Source of the DNA: a virus
Taxonomy: Duplodnaviria > Caudoviricetes
DNA length: 64,000 nt
Virus record (IMG/VR): IMGVR_UViG_3300046804_003398
Reading direction: 5' to 3' (one strand)
Shown: piece by piece, positions 1 to 8,964 of the stretch
Position numbering within the stretch: position 1 is the first letter of the stretch
Layout: every line of letters starts with the position of its first letter
Translations under genes and position numbers: made by a program
Notes under the pieces: model-generated
Told to the model about the DNA's origin: nothing
Database searches by the model: none
What the model saw: the letters and a program-made list of their open reading frames with translations, nothing else

Positions 1-1078
1 GACCATCCATAATGAATGACGAAACTTGTTCCATCACCTTTACGTCTTCACCAGAGTCTTTCAAAATAGCAGATACTACAGAATTGACTTCGGCATTTTG
101 AGCACTACAAATTTGTGCTCCCTTTGCCTTCAAACTGGCTCTCATGCGTGTCTTACCTTCAAATATCAAATCTGTCTTTGAGGTTCTGTCAATATTTGCA
201 AAAATAGGATTGGTAATGTCACATCTCAAATTACCCAATGCGGTTGATGATTTGATGCCTTTTTCTCTCAACTTTGCTACAATCTTCTTAGCAACATCGT
301 CGTCTGTTTCAATTCCAGCAAACTCGTCATTGATGTGATACTCCATTTTTTGAGCATTACATTTGACTTGCTTTTCTACTACAACAACTGGACCAACATT
401 TTCTTTATAAACTTGTTCACCAATCATGTTGCCAGCCTTGTCATACCAACGAAGACCGTTTTTTACATATCCTAGTTTAGCTGCTTCGTTGACAGTATAT
501 TCTTCTTTCTCACAATCATTGCACCCACAATCTTCACACTCATCTACTTGTTGGTTGATCAATGGAACTCCGCCAGTCAAAATTGAATCGACAGCAGCTG
601 CATCTTGAACTTTTTCTTTTGTGCTTCTGTCGTCTTTTTTATCATCTCCAGTAACTTTCTTGTTCAACTCCTTGTCAAGAGAAACTGTGTCAGACTTATC
701 TTGTTTGTCTTCTTCACCAGAATCGGTTTTCGCAATATCAGCGGTTGATAGTCCTCCTGTGTCAGAGGGTGAAAACAAAGTTCCTGCATTTTTCTTCGGA
801 TTTTCTGCAAAGTGAGTTCCTTTATCTACGGCACGGTCACGATATTCTTTGCTTGGAAATGTAACCAATATACCATCTTTATTGTAAGCCTGACGTTCTG
901 GGAAACGACCTGCTTCAAACAACTTTGCTGTTCTCTCGACCACCGTATCAATTGAAAATCCAGCCTTCTCCAAGTATTCTTGTAACACAAAAACGTGCTC
1001 AGGCATTTCTAGCCTCAACACGCCATCTTTTATACGACTGTCACAACACACATCGTTTATAATTGAGTTGAATTTCAT
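1..1078 (-). CDS. Hypothetical protein, truncated at the window edge; possible PD-(D/E)XK nuclease-like region near the edge
   Basis: Not in the ORF track. Manual translation from ATG at 1078 (MKFNSIINDVCCDSRIKDGVLRLEMPEHVFVLQEYL...) stays open to position 1. TATTTATA lies 4 nt upstream. KTDLIF...SASLK...GAQ resembles a D...xxK nuclease motif (weak). Confidence 0.7.
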   Translation of the reverse strand, partial: MKFNSIINDVCCDSRIKDGVLRLEMPEHVFVLQEYLEKAGFSIDTVVERTAKLFEAGRFPERQAYNKDGILVTFPSKEYRDRAVDKGTHFAENPKKNAGTLFSPSDTGGLSTADIAKTDSGEEDKQDKSDTVSLDKELNKKVTGDDKKDDRSTKEKVQDAAAVDSILTGGVPLINQQVDECEDCGCNDCEKEEYTVNEAAKLGYVKNGLRWYDKAGNMIGEQVYKENVGPVVVVEKQVKCNAQKMEYHINDEFAGIETDDDVAKKIVAKLREKGIKSSTALGNLRCDITNPIFANIDRTSKTDLIFEGKTRMRASLKAKGAQICSAQNAEVNSVVSAILKDSGEDVKVMEQVSSFIMDG

Positions 1079-1093
1079 CAATTATAAATATGT

Positions 1094-2416
1094 TTAACTT
1101 GAGACTAATTTCAAATCATTGTAATTATTTCCTTCATAAACCTTTACCTTGAACCGTTTATTTCTGATAATGTCCACTACATCGTTGATTTCTTCGGTTT
1201 TCACACTACTATCCACATCAAACAATATACTGTCATAAATGTATAATATTGGTATAATTGGTTTACCCGACACATATTTCAACACATTACCAAGACTGTT
1301 CAACCCATATTCAGTCTCAGTTGCTTGAATGATATAAGCAAACAACTTGTTTTTGTTGGGATCAATAATATGATGTTGATTGATCTTGCGTTTGTAGATA
1401 GGGGTCTTTACATAACCCTTGTTGGTAAACTCTTCCCAATACCTATTCTTAAGTTCTTCCACCTTTTCAAAATAAGGTATCTTCGTATGTTTATCCGATA
1501 TCTGACCATACAAGTTCACCATCGTCTGTTTCTTGGATTTAGACAATGTATTTGCATCAACCACATCAATATTATAATACTGTTTGGCCAGGTGTTCATA
1601 AATGGTCTCGTCATCTGGAACCTTATATTGAATCAATTGTGCGACCAGATACGGATGAAAACCAGTAAAGTCCACCATCATCAGTTTACCATTTGCAAAC
1701 CTAGATGTAAAACTTTCACGACAACCGTCTTCCTTGTTAAGCGCTACATAGTTTACACTATCAAATTTGTTGCTTGGTCTGCCAGTTGGATTGTAAATGT
1801 AATACTCACTATATACGGTATCTTGACTACCATCTTCACTGGTTACAACTCTTGCATTTGGAAAACACGATTTGAATTGAGGAGTGTTGACATGAATACC
1901 ATTACGTTCAACCTCAAACAAAGTATCCGTGACAATGTTATTGAAAAACTTGAAACAATATGAGTCTGTGTTTTCATCTTCATACTGATCAATTAGATCC
2001 ACTTCCGCATCAAATTCATTTTGGTGAACAACATACGGAATCACCAAATTGACATGATTCAACTTGTTGTGAGTCATCTGTAACTGTGTGGTATACAAAT
2101 GATTTGGCATTTCAACAACCTCACCATCTTTAAGAAACGAAAACAAGTTTATGTCATACAATTCCGCATTTGGAATATGATACTTGTATCGTTTCTTGTT
2201 GTTGACATAAACCTTCTTATTTGCCAACGTTTTCTTGAACGTCTTGAAAGTCGAGTTTGCGGTTACGTCGGGATGTTCAAAATTAAAGTATTCCGACTGT
2301 TTGGTTTGATAATCGTAAACAAACGCCGCAATCACCTTGTCTTGCGACGGATGAAGGTTTGTATCTCTGAAGATGAACTTCAAATATATTTTGGATGATT
2401 GTGACACAGCATACAA
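1094..2416 (-). CDS. polA: Divergent, compact family A DNA polymerase (PolA-like)
   Basis: TGRPSN, motif A MVDFTGFHPY, motif B SKKQTMVNLYG, IIQATETE, motif C LYIYDSILFDV. Start is TTG 2416 or GTG 2407. Confidence 0.8.
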   Translation of the reverse strand: MYAVSQSSKIYLKFIFRDTNLHPSQDKVIAAFVYDYQTKQSEYFNFEHPDVTANSTFKTFKKTLANKKVYVNNKKRYKYHIPNAELYDINLFSFLKDGEVVEMPNHLYTTQLQMTHNKLNHVNLVIPYVVHQNEFDAEVDLIDQYEDENTDSYCFKFFNNIVTDTLFEVERNGIHVNTPQFKSCFPNARVVTSEDGSQDTVYSEYYIYNPTGRPSNKFDSVNYVALNKEDGCRESFTSRFANGKLMMVDFTGFHPYLVAQLIQYKVPDDETIYEHLAKQYYNIDVVDANTLSKSKKQTMVNLYGQISDKHTKIPYFEKVEELKNRYWEEFTNKGYVKTPIYKRKINQHHIIDPNKNKLFAYIIQATETEYGLNSLGNVLKYVSGKPIIPILYIYDSILFDVDSSVKTEEINDVVDIIRNKRFKVKVYEGNNYNDLKLVSS

Positions 2417-2442
2417 TATACATCATACTGTGCTAGTGTCAA
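2415..2442 (-). promoter_or_regulatory. Sigma70-like promoter for the polA-like gene
   Basis: TTGACA (2442-2437), 16-nt spacer, TATATT (2420-2415); in-frame GTG 7 nt downstream. Confidence 0.5.
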
Positions 2443-2448
2443 ATATAT

Positions 2449-2835
2449 TTAATAGCCTTGCCAGAATTGTAGTGGGTTAGACAACACAATCTCAATGCCT
2501 GGTAGTGTTTTTCTCAAGTTTGAAATTTGTAATAAGTTGTTTTCTTGGACTCCAGCTTCTAACAAAATTCGATCTTTGTATAGACTATTCTTTCTTCCAC
2601 TAATTTGCCAGTCCAATTTACCCTTCACGAAAAAAGCCTCGTCAGTAGCACCATAGTCTCTAGCATTTGTTTCTATGATCATTTGTTGATTCTTTTTACC
2701 AACAAAGTATCTGGTTATCCAACCATATTCATAGTCCTTCTTTTTTGGTGTAGGAATATAGGTGCTAGGAAAGAATAGACTGAATTTCTCCAATCCTAAT
2801 CTGTATGCTAATGCTGGATCAGTATCTTGAATCAT
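2449..2835 (-). CDS. Hypothetical protein at the end of the baseplate cluster
   Basis: 128-aa ORF overlapping the stop of the upstream hub-like gene (ATGA); PTPKKKDYEYGWITRYF. Confidence 0.6.
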   Translation of the reverse strand: MIQDTDPALAYRLGLEKFSLFFPSTYIPTPKKKDYEYGWITRYFVGKKNQQMIIETNARDYGATDEAFFVKGKLDWQISGRKNSLYKDRILLEAGVQENNLLQISNLRKTLPGIEIVLSNPLQFWQGY

Positions 2836-5800
2836 ACGTTTATAAATTTGTAATTTTGGTCAGGACAACATCTTAACATTGCTGTGACCACAGTTTCCCA
2901 CTTACCGGCATTTATCTGATGGTCAACTTCATTAATCATAAATATGACATTGCCTGGAACATATGGCTTTGGTAGATTTGATATAGCTATGTGTTGGAAC
3001 ATTCTAAATCCAAATATACCATCAAATGTCAAGGTCAACGTAAAGTTATCAGCTGGACCAGAATACTTTGAGTTGTTGTTTGTAGTATCACTGTCATCCA
3101 ACATTTCTCTGAGTTTGCCCTTCAATGTTGGTGGAAGATTCAACATTACCCAACCAAACTTTGCAATTGACGTTTTAACCTCTCCAGAGAATGGGTTATC
3201 AATGCCAAGTATCTGTGTTTTGTAACTCTTTTCTTCAATTGGACCATATGGATCTTCACCAGGCAAAAGAGCTCTTACACGCATTACCAACACTTTTTCG
3301 TCTTGTTTACCTTGAGTCTGTATTCTGCGTATTTCTTCATTTTTGTCAACAATAGGCCCATGTGGAACCGTTTGATTTAGTTCCGAATCCGATTGTTGTT
3401 TTGGTGGTTCATTTCTTTCTTTTCGGATTTGGTCATCAATTTCTTTCAACTTTTTGTTGACCTCATCCAATATCTGATAACTGTCAAATCGATCCGCATA
3501 GTTCAAACTTGGCAAACCAGTTTTGATTTGTGTGATCTTATCTTTCTTCTGTATCAGATTAAGATTGGAATTGTTCAATATATCAGTTACTTGTCCCGCT
3601 GTATTATTTGCAGCATTTTGTCCACTGCCATACAACACTGAGTTGACTTGTTCATTGGTCAAATTAACTTGAAAATCAATCTTCTTGATGACATTTGAAG
3701 TTGATCCAATATCAAATTTGTAGATTTCATATTCTCTAGGCAATGAAAGATTTTTGTCAATAATAGATAACCCACCGTTTTCATTCCTCACAGTTTGTAG
3801 GTTCCAGAAATTATCTACAGCATCGTTGATGATGTTTAGAATCTTGTTGACGATTTGTTCCAATGTCTTCAATTCGGTGTCTTTACCAATTTCAATCAAT
3901 CGTGACTTACTGATGTATATGTGTTTGAGATATCCATAGTAGTGTGCTTGATACGTTCTACTACCGACAGTCTTTGGTTGGCTAAAAGGAAATGCCGCAC
4001 TATTGGTTCCTTGTCCGCCAATAGTATAATACAACCAATTGATGATTGTATCCAAGTTATCTCTGGCTGCAACACCTGTTTTAAATGTGTTACGTGCTTT
4101 AAGAGCCGCTTTCCAAAGTGGAGACGAAATTGTTGTAATACATTCAGCATCCAAAGAATTTGCTTTCAACTTTTGTGCCCTATCCTTTTCTTCTTTCAAA
4201 CCAGCATTGATCTTGGAATTGTAATTTTCCCAATAATACTGATCCAAAAATGCGTTATTGCTAACATCAGATTGATCTAAGTAACCTTTTGGACCAGCAC
4301 GACCAATGTTTACTTTTGGAGCAATTGGATTTGGAATCAACACATCTTTATCACATGAAATCAAATTTGGATGACCACCAATGATTATGTCAGAAATATC
4401 AATGTTGTTGTTTCCGGTTTTTGGTTCGGCACAAAAGAGGTTTATAATTTCAAAAACGAAATCCAATTGATACCATGCTTCATCATTAGAACCATCCTCA
4501 TAATCAAAATCTGTGGATTTATCTGCAAACGATACAACGTTTTTGTATGCAACTCCATTATTTGTTGGACCAGACTCGCCTGGAGCATAAGTTATAACCT
4601 CACTTGTATTTGGAACTGGGACTGGGACTGGATTTCCACGTAAACCAGCTGCAGCGGCTGCAGCGCCTCTGGAGCCTGCTGGTGATGGTGTTCCAGACGT
4701 TTGAGTTCCACGTTGACCAGCTGCAGCAGCTGCCGCTGCTCGTGACCCCGCTGGCATTGGATTGCCAGGAGTTGGATTTCTACGACCTCCAAGAGTTGCG
4801 GCATCAGCTCGACTCAAAGTTTTCTTTTTTGGAATTTTACTTGCCTTGTAAACGTCTTGAATACGTCCCATAAACACTCTGTTTTCTTTCTTTCCAGAAT
4901 AGAAATTGTTTGATGGTTTAAAATTACCAGGCAATCCAGTTTGTTGTGCTTGAACCTGTTGTTTCTTTTCGTCTTTTGCTTGTTTACTAAGAGCCTTTCT
5001 TAGGGTCTCAGTGTTCTTTGGATCAAGCAAATAGTTGATGTAATTTTCACGGCTCTCAAGAACTTGTTTTGTAAACTGAAGATAGTTTGAGAAAAAGTCC
5101 TTCAAGTTGACATATTCCTTTGTGTCAGCCTCTTGTTTATTGTCGCCTTGTGATACTGTCGGATTGTCAGCTCTGTATCCTGCATACATTGCTTGTCTTG
5201 AAATGAGTTCTGTTGTGCAGTTGTATACAAATCCGTCTTCTGTAGAGAAGTTATATTTGGATATGATTCCGGTGATCAACCCATAATTGCCAAATGACTT
5301 GTAATACTTTTCAAGTGCTAATTCTGGTCTTAGAATCAACTTGTAACATTCATTTACATCATCCAAAGGAACCAATGAATCAATGTTGAATAAATTCCAA
5401 CCAAACTCCAAGAACACATTGATCTTTGGACTCAACCAAAATGGCATCATGTATTCCAACTGCGCAAGACTGTAGCATTGCCAGTTGATCGTGGCATTCG
5501 ACATCATGTCTTTGTTTGTCTTGACATTTATAGATGTGATGCCGGGTGGTGGTAGTATAGACGGAACTGTAGAGTTTTGTGGGAACTTTAGTCCACCTGG
5601 ACAATGTGCACCGGCATCATAATATGTGCTGGTTCTATACTTTGTGTCTATGAAGTGAGGATTTCCATTGGCTTGATAACCAATTATTGCTTTATCTTCA
5701 ACCAAAGCATTTCCTTGTCGTTTGAATCCATAAGCATTGTTAAATCCTTCACCACCACTAAGAACAAATCCTTCGTATATTGGAAGCTTGTCATTCTTTA

Positions 5801-6098
5801 ACAAGTATTTACTGATTGGGACCGTTGGTGATCCTACTTGACCAGTTCCATTTGAAAATGCACGAACCCACGGAGTCATTGGACCTCTATAGGTTTCATG
5901 ATCCATTTGAAAATTAGTTACTGTGTTGACGCCAGCGTTTTGTCCTATGTTGACATTGTTCTTACGTCTACGAAGCTCACGAACCAACTGCCATGGAATA
6001 TTTTGTGCTTCCCACCATCTTACGTCTCTTTCAACGATATCAGATGATTGTGGTTTTGCCCATGTAGGTTGTAGTTGGACATTTGGTGTTGTTGCCAT
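2832..6098 (-). CDS. Baseplate hub-like protein (gp27/gpD-like)
   Basis: 1088 aa, downstream of the LysM and tube-initiator genes; C-terminal LTLTFDGIFGF...FMINEVDHQINAGKWET typical of hub proteins. Confidence 0.55.
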   Translation of the reverse strand: MATTPNVQLQPTWAKPQSSDIVERDVRWWEAQNIPWQLVRELRRRKNNVNIGQNAGVNTVTNFQMDHETYRGPMTPWVRAFSNGTGQVGSPTVPISKYLLKNDKLPIYEGFVLSGGEGFNNAYGFKRQGNALVEDKAIIGYQANGNPHFIDTKYRTSTYYDAGAHCPGGLKFPQNSTVPSILPPPGITSINVKTNKDMMSNATINWQCYSLAQLEYMMPFWLSPKINVFLEFGWNLFNIDSLVPLDDVNECYKLILRPELALEKYYKSFGNYGLITGIISKYNFSTEDGFVYNCTTELISRQAMYAGYRADNPTVSQGDNKQEADTKEYVNLKDFFSNYLQFTKQVLESRENYINYLLDPKNTETLRKALSKQAKDEKKQQVQAQQTGLPGNFKPSNNFYSGKKENRVFMGRIQDVYKASKIPKKKTLSRADAATLGGRRNPTPGNPMPAGSRAAAAAAAGQRGTQTSGTPSPAGSRGAAAAAAGLRGNPVPVPVPNTSEVITYAPGESGPTNNGVAYKNVVSFADKSTDFDYEDGSNDEAWYQLDFVFEIINLFCAEPKTGNNNIDISDIIIGGHPNLISCDKDVLIPNPIAPKVNIGRAGPKGYLDQSDVSNNAFLDQYYWENYNSKINAGLKEEKDRAQKLKANSLDAECITTISSPLWKAALKARNTFKTGVAARDNLDTIINWLYYTIGGQGTNSAAFPFSQPKTVGSRTYQAHYYGYLKHIYISKSRLIEIGKDTELKTLEQIVNKILNIINDAVDNFWNLQTVRNENGGLSIIDKNLSLPREYEIYKFDIGSTSNVIKKIDFQVNLTNEQVNSVLYGSGQNAANNTAGQVTDILNNSNLNLIQKKDKITQIKTGLPSLNYADRFDSYQILDEVNKKLKEIDDQIRKERNEPPKQQSDSELNQTVPHGPIVDKNEEIRRIQTQGKQDEKVLVMRVRALLPGEDPYGPIEEKSYKTQILGIDNPFSGEVKTSIAKFGWVMLNLPPTLKGKLREMLDDSDTTNNNSKYSGPADNFTLTLTFDGIFGFRMFQHIAISNLPKPYVPGNVIFMINEVDHQINAGKWETVVTAMLRCCPDQNYKFINV
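4636..4757 (-). repeat. Imperfect two-copy in-frame repeat (PAGSRAAAAAAAGQRG / PAGSRGAAAAAAGLRG)
   Basis: GC-rich duplicated segment visible in both DNA and protein. Confidence 0.75.
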
Positions 6099-6103
6099 AT
6101 AAC

Positions 6104-6394
6104 TTAATTTGCTTCTTTAAGATCCTGCATAATTTGTGGTAAATTGCCTGGTATTCTGACTTGCTTTCCAACTGGTATGGATAGTCTACCATTACCCAAA
6201 CCGTTAGCATTTGCAATTACCCACCAATAACTTTCATTACCATAATACTTTTTAGCTAAACTATCAAGATAATCTTCTTCACTAGCAGTAATATAAATAT
6301 CATTGACATCTGGTGGAATAACTGGGTAATATGTTGTAGCATATACTCGGTTTCCGTCCCAGCGCTTTTGGATCGGTGTAAATTGATATCTCAT
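6104..6394 (-). CDS. LysM/gpX-like baseplate protein
   Basis: EEDYLDSLAKKYYGNESYWWVIANAN...GKQVRIP, in the tail gene order TMP, initiator, LysM, hub. Confidence 0.8.
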   Translation of the reverse strand: MRYQFTPIQKRWDGNRVYATTYYPVIPPDVNDIYITASEEDYLDSLAKKYYGNESYWWVIANANGLGNGRLSIPVGKQVRIPGNLPQIMQDLKEAN

Positions 6395-6403
6395 ACTGTA
6401 TAA

Positions 6404-8947
6404 TTATGGTGTTGCGGCAACATTAGTTTGATCAACACGGTTAATATCGTATCTAATATTTTGCGAAAACTTGTTGACCGAAGCATTGTCTTGTGACTTG
6501 TCTCCATAAAATTCGGTTCTTGGACCAGTCTCACCAATGTCTTCTGGATTAAAGATTTGAACTGGTGCATCACCCCATATAGCTTTTCCAACATATGGTA
6601 GATCTTTTTCAAGCACACTCATTTCAATCTGAATGTCTGCTGTTCTTGGGAATTGTGCTACACGACCAGTAGAGTTTCCTTTTCTTTGATCTATAGAACT
6701 GTTCAACAATGCTGATGAGTTTTCCCAAGATATTGCCTTGTTTGGACCATAATACCAACTTTGTCCGTTTTTACCGGCTTCTTCTGGTATTGTTTCCCAA
6801 CCAGCATCTTCTGGAATAGTTACGTTACAACTATTGATAACCACATTGTGATTCTTATAGAAATCACCCAAGGTCAATTGAACCATTGGTGACACCATAA
6901 AACCACCAAATTGACGAGCAGTATAGTTTGCCGGACGAGTCAATCCTACTAAATAATTGATTCTGTTCCACATTGGCATCAATTCTTTAATACTATGTGC
7001 GTTTACAGTGAAGTTGAAACTCACACTGCGGGTGAATCCTTTGTAGTAGTATAGCTTGTCCGCACGACCTAGATATTCAACTGTCTCCCAAGTTGCGTTG
7101 TTGTTGTCACTGATTGACTTGACCGTCGCATTGAATGGTATGTATTTCTTGTTTACAATGTCATAGAAATAGAACTTGATGATGTCTGGTCCATACACAC
7201 CAAACTTATCAGTGTTAGCATATAATTTGTCAAATTGATCCGCTTTCAAGACCTCTAACGCATTGACATAATCAACATTGTTTGTTGGACGAATATAACG
7301 ATCATTTGGTCCTTCTCCAAGACGAGTAGGAACCTTGTTTCCAGTTGTTTCATCCACTCTCCAACGACCTTGATATGTGTTGTTCTGTGGTGGATTTGGT
7401 GAGTTTAAGTTGTTAGGGTTTAGATCTTTTAAATAATCCATACCAACTTTACTTGAACCAAACTTAGCAAATTGAAGAGGTTGTAAACTGCTTCTATTGG
7501 CAGAATATTTCTCTTCGTTAGAACCCTTGATAGTATTGACTGAGGTATCAAGATTATTGATCAACCTTTGAACTGTTAGTGTCTGTGTATCAACAAACGT
7601 GTCATTGAAGTTCTTGGTGCCATCCATCAATGACTTGTAATTAAGAAGTTGATCACTTCTTTCTTGTTCACCATAATAACCTCTGGTGACCAACTTACCA
7701 TACTTCAACGAATTGTCTGATACTGAATTGTCGTTCTTCTCAGTGGTAATTTGATTACCTAAGAAAGGTTCAGATCCATTGTATAGACCAACTTCACCTG
7801 TAAGTGATGTAATGGTTGATGGCTGACTAGATTTGTATAAGTTACCAGTGATCGTCAACCTAGAAAGATTTGGCTTGTTCTTAGACTTATTGTAAAATCT
7901 TTGTGTTACTGCTTGTGAGTAATTAGCTCTTTTGCCAAATCCAATAGAATTCAACAATCCACTTAAAATACCACCGTTCTTGATTCCAGTTGAATTTGCA
8001 TCAAACAACTTACCAGCATTCAAATACAAATCATAGGTTTCTTCATCAGCACGAAACTTAGCTGCCCATGGTTGCTTTGGAGGAAGAATACCACCTACAA
8101 CAGTATTGTTCTGTATGAACTTGCCTACACCCGACAACAATCTACTAAAAAATGATCCCGCACCTTGACTCACCAAACGACTATATCTTGGTGAATTGTA
8201 TGCGTTTGTAGCAGTGTTACCTCTTAGAAGGTCTTTAACGTCTCCTCTTGCTATTGGCGCTACAACTTCGTTGGATCTATCACCACCACCAACAAGACTG
8301 GTAAGTGTGCTTAATCCAATACCGTTGCTAGCCGCACTGGCGACCGATGAACGTGGTGGAGGTGGTTGTGCTGGTGCTCCTCCGACCAAAGCACCTACGG
8401 TCGATACTACACTTCCAAGACCAATACCGTTGACAATACCACCAATAAGGTTACTGGTATCTATATGTCTTGTTGGCCAGTCCAATAGACCGAATGAAGC
8501 TGGTTTTAAAGCAGCAATCAATGGAGAACCTGGATTATAGACCTTGGTTTCATCAAACGACTGATATCCTTGTAGAATCAATTGTTTGACAATGAAACGA
8601 GTTCCTTTACCAGACCCCATGAATTTTCTAACCAAGTTAGCATCTTGGGTAGCAGCACGAACAAAACCCGTTACTTTTGATCGTTGACCTTGATTTGGGT
8701 TCTTATAGTCAAATCTGGACTTTAGTGCATCTGCCAAACCAACGTCTTCTGGTTTATTGATAGAATATAGTCGTTCAGCATTACCATTGCTTTCAAACAA
8801 TGCACGAAGTTTACCAGGCGATCTTATGTTGATAAAGTCGGCGGTGGGTGATGGTAGTCTTAGACCAGCACCTTGAATGTTTGCGAGTGTAGTGATTTGA
8901 TCACCACCACCAGTTAATCCTTCTACGAATGTTTGACTATTTGCCAT
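6404..8947 (-). CDS. Tail tube initiator / baseplate protein (gp48/54-like C-terminal domain)
   Basis: IPFNATVKSISDNNNATWETVEYLGRADKLYYYKGFTRSVSFNFTV; directly after the tape measure gene. Confidence 0.6.
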   Translation of the reverse strand: MANSQTFVEGLTGGGDQITTLANIQGAGLRLPSPTADFINIRSPGKLRALFESNGNAERLYSINKPEDVGLADALKSRFDYKNPNQGQRSKVTGFVRAATQDANLVRKFMGSGKGTRFIVKQLILQGYQSFDETKVYNPGSPLIAALKPASFGLLDWPTRHIDTSNLIGGIVNGIGLGSVVSTVGALVGGAPAQPPPPRSSVASAASNGIGLSTLTSLVGGGDRSNEVVAPIARGDVKDLLRGNTATNAYNSPRYSRLVSQGAGSFFSRLLSGVGKFIQNNTVVGGILPPKQPWAAKFRADEETYDLYLNAGKLFDANSTGIKNGGILSGLLNSIGFGKRANYSQAVTQRFYNKSKNKPNLSRLTITGNLYKSSQPSTITSLTGEVGLYNGSEPFLGNQITTEKNDNSVSDNSLKYGKLVTRGYYGEQERSDQLLNYKSLMDGTKNFNDTFVDTQTLTVQRLINNLDTSVNTIKGSNEEKYSANRSSLQPLQFAKFGSSKVGMDYLKDLNPNNLNSPNPPQNNTYQGRWRVDETTGNKVPTRLGEGPNDRYIRPTNNVDYVNALEVLKADQFDKLYANTDKFGVYGPDIIKFYFYDIVNKKYIPFNATVKSISDNNNATWETVEYLGRADKLYYYKGFTRSVSFNFTVNAHSIKELMPMWNRINYLVGLTRPANYTARQFGGFMVSPMVQLTLGDFYKNHNVVINSCNVTIPEDAGWETIPEEAGKNGQSWYYGPNKAISWENSSALLNSSIDQRKGNSTGRVAQFPRTADIQIEMSVLEKDLPYVGKAIWGDAPVQIFNPEDIGETGPRTEFYGDKSQDNASVNKFSQNIRYDINRVDQTNVAATP

Positions 8948-8964
8948 TGTATATAAATATCAGA

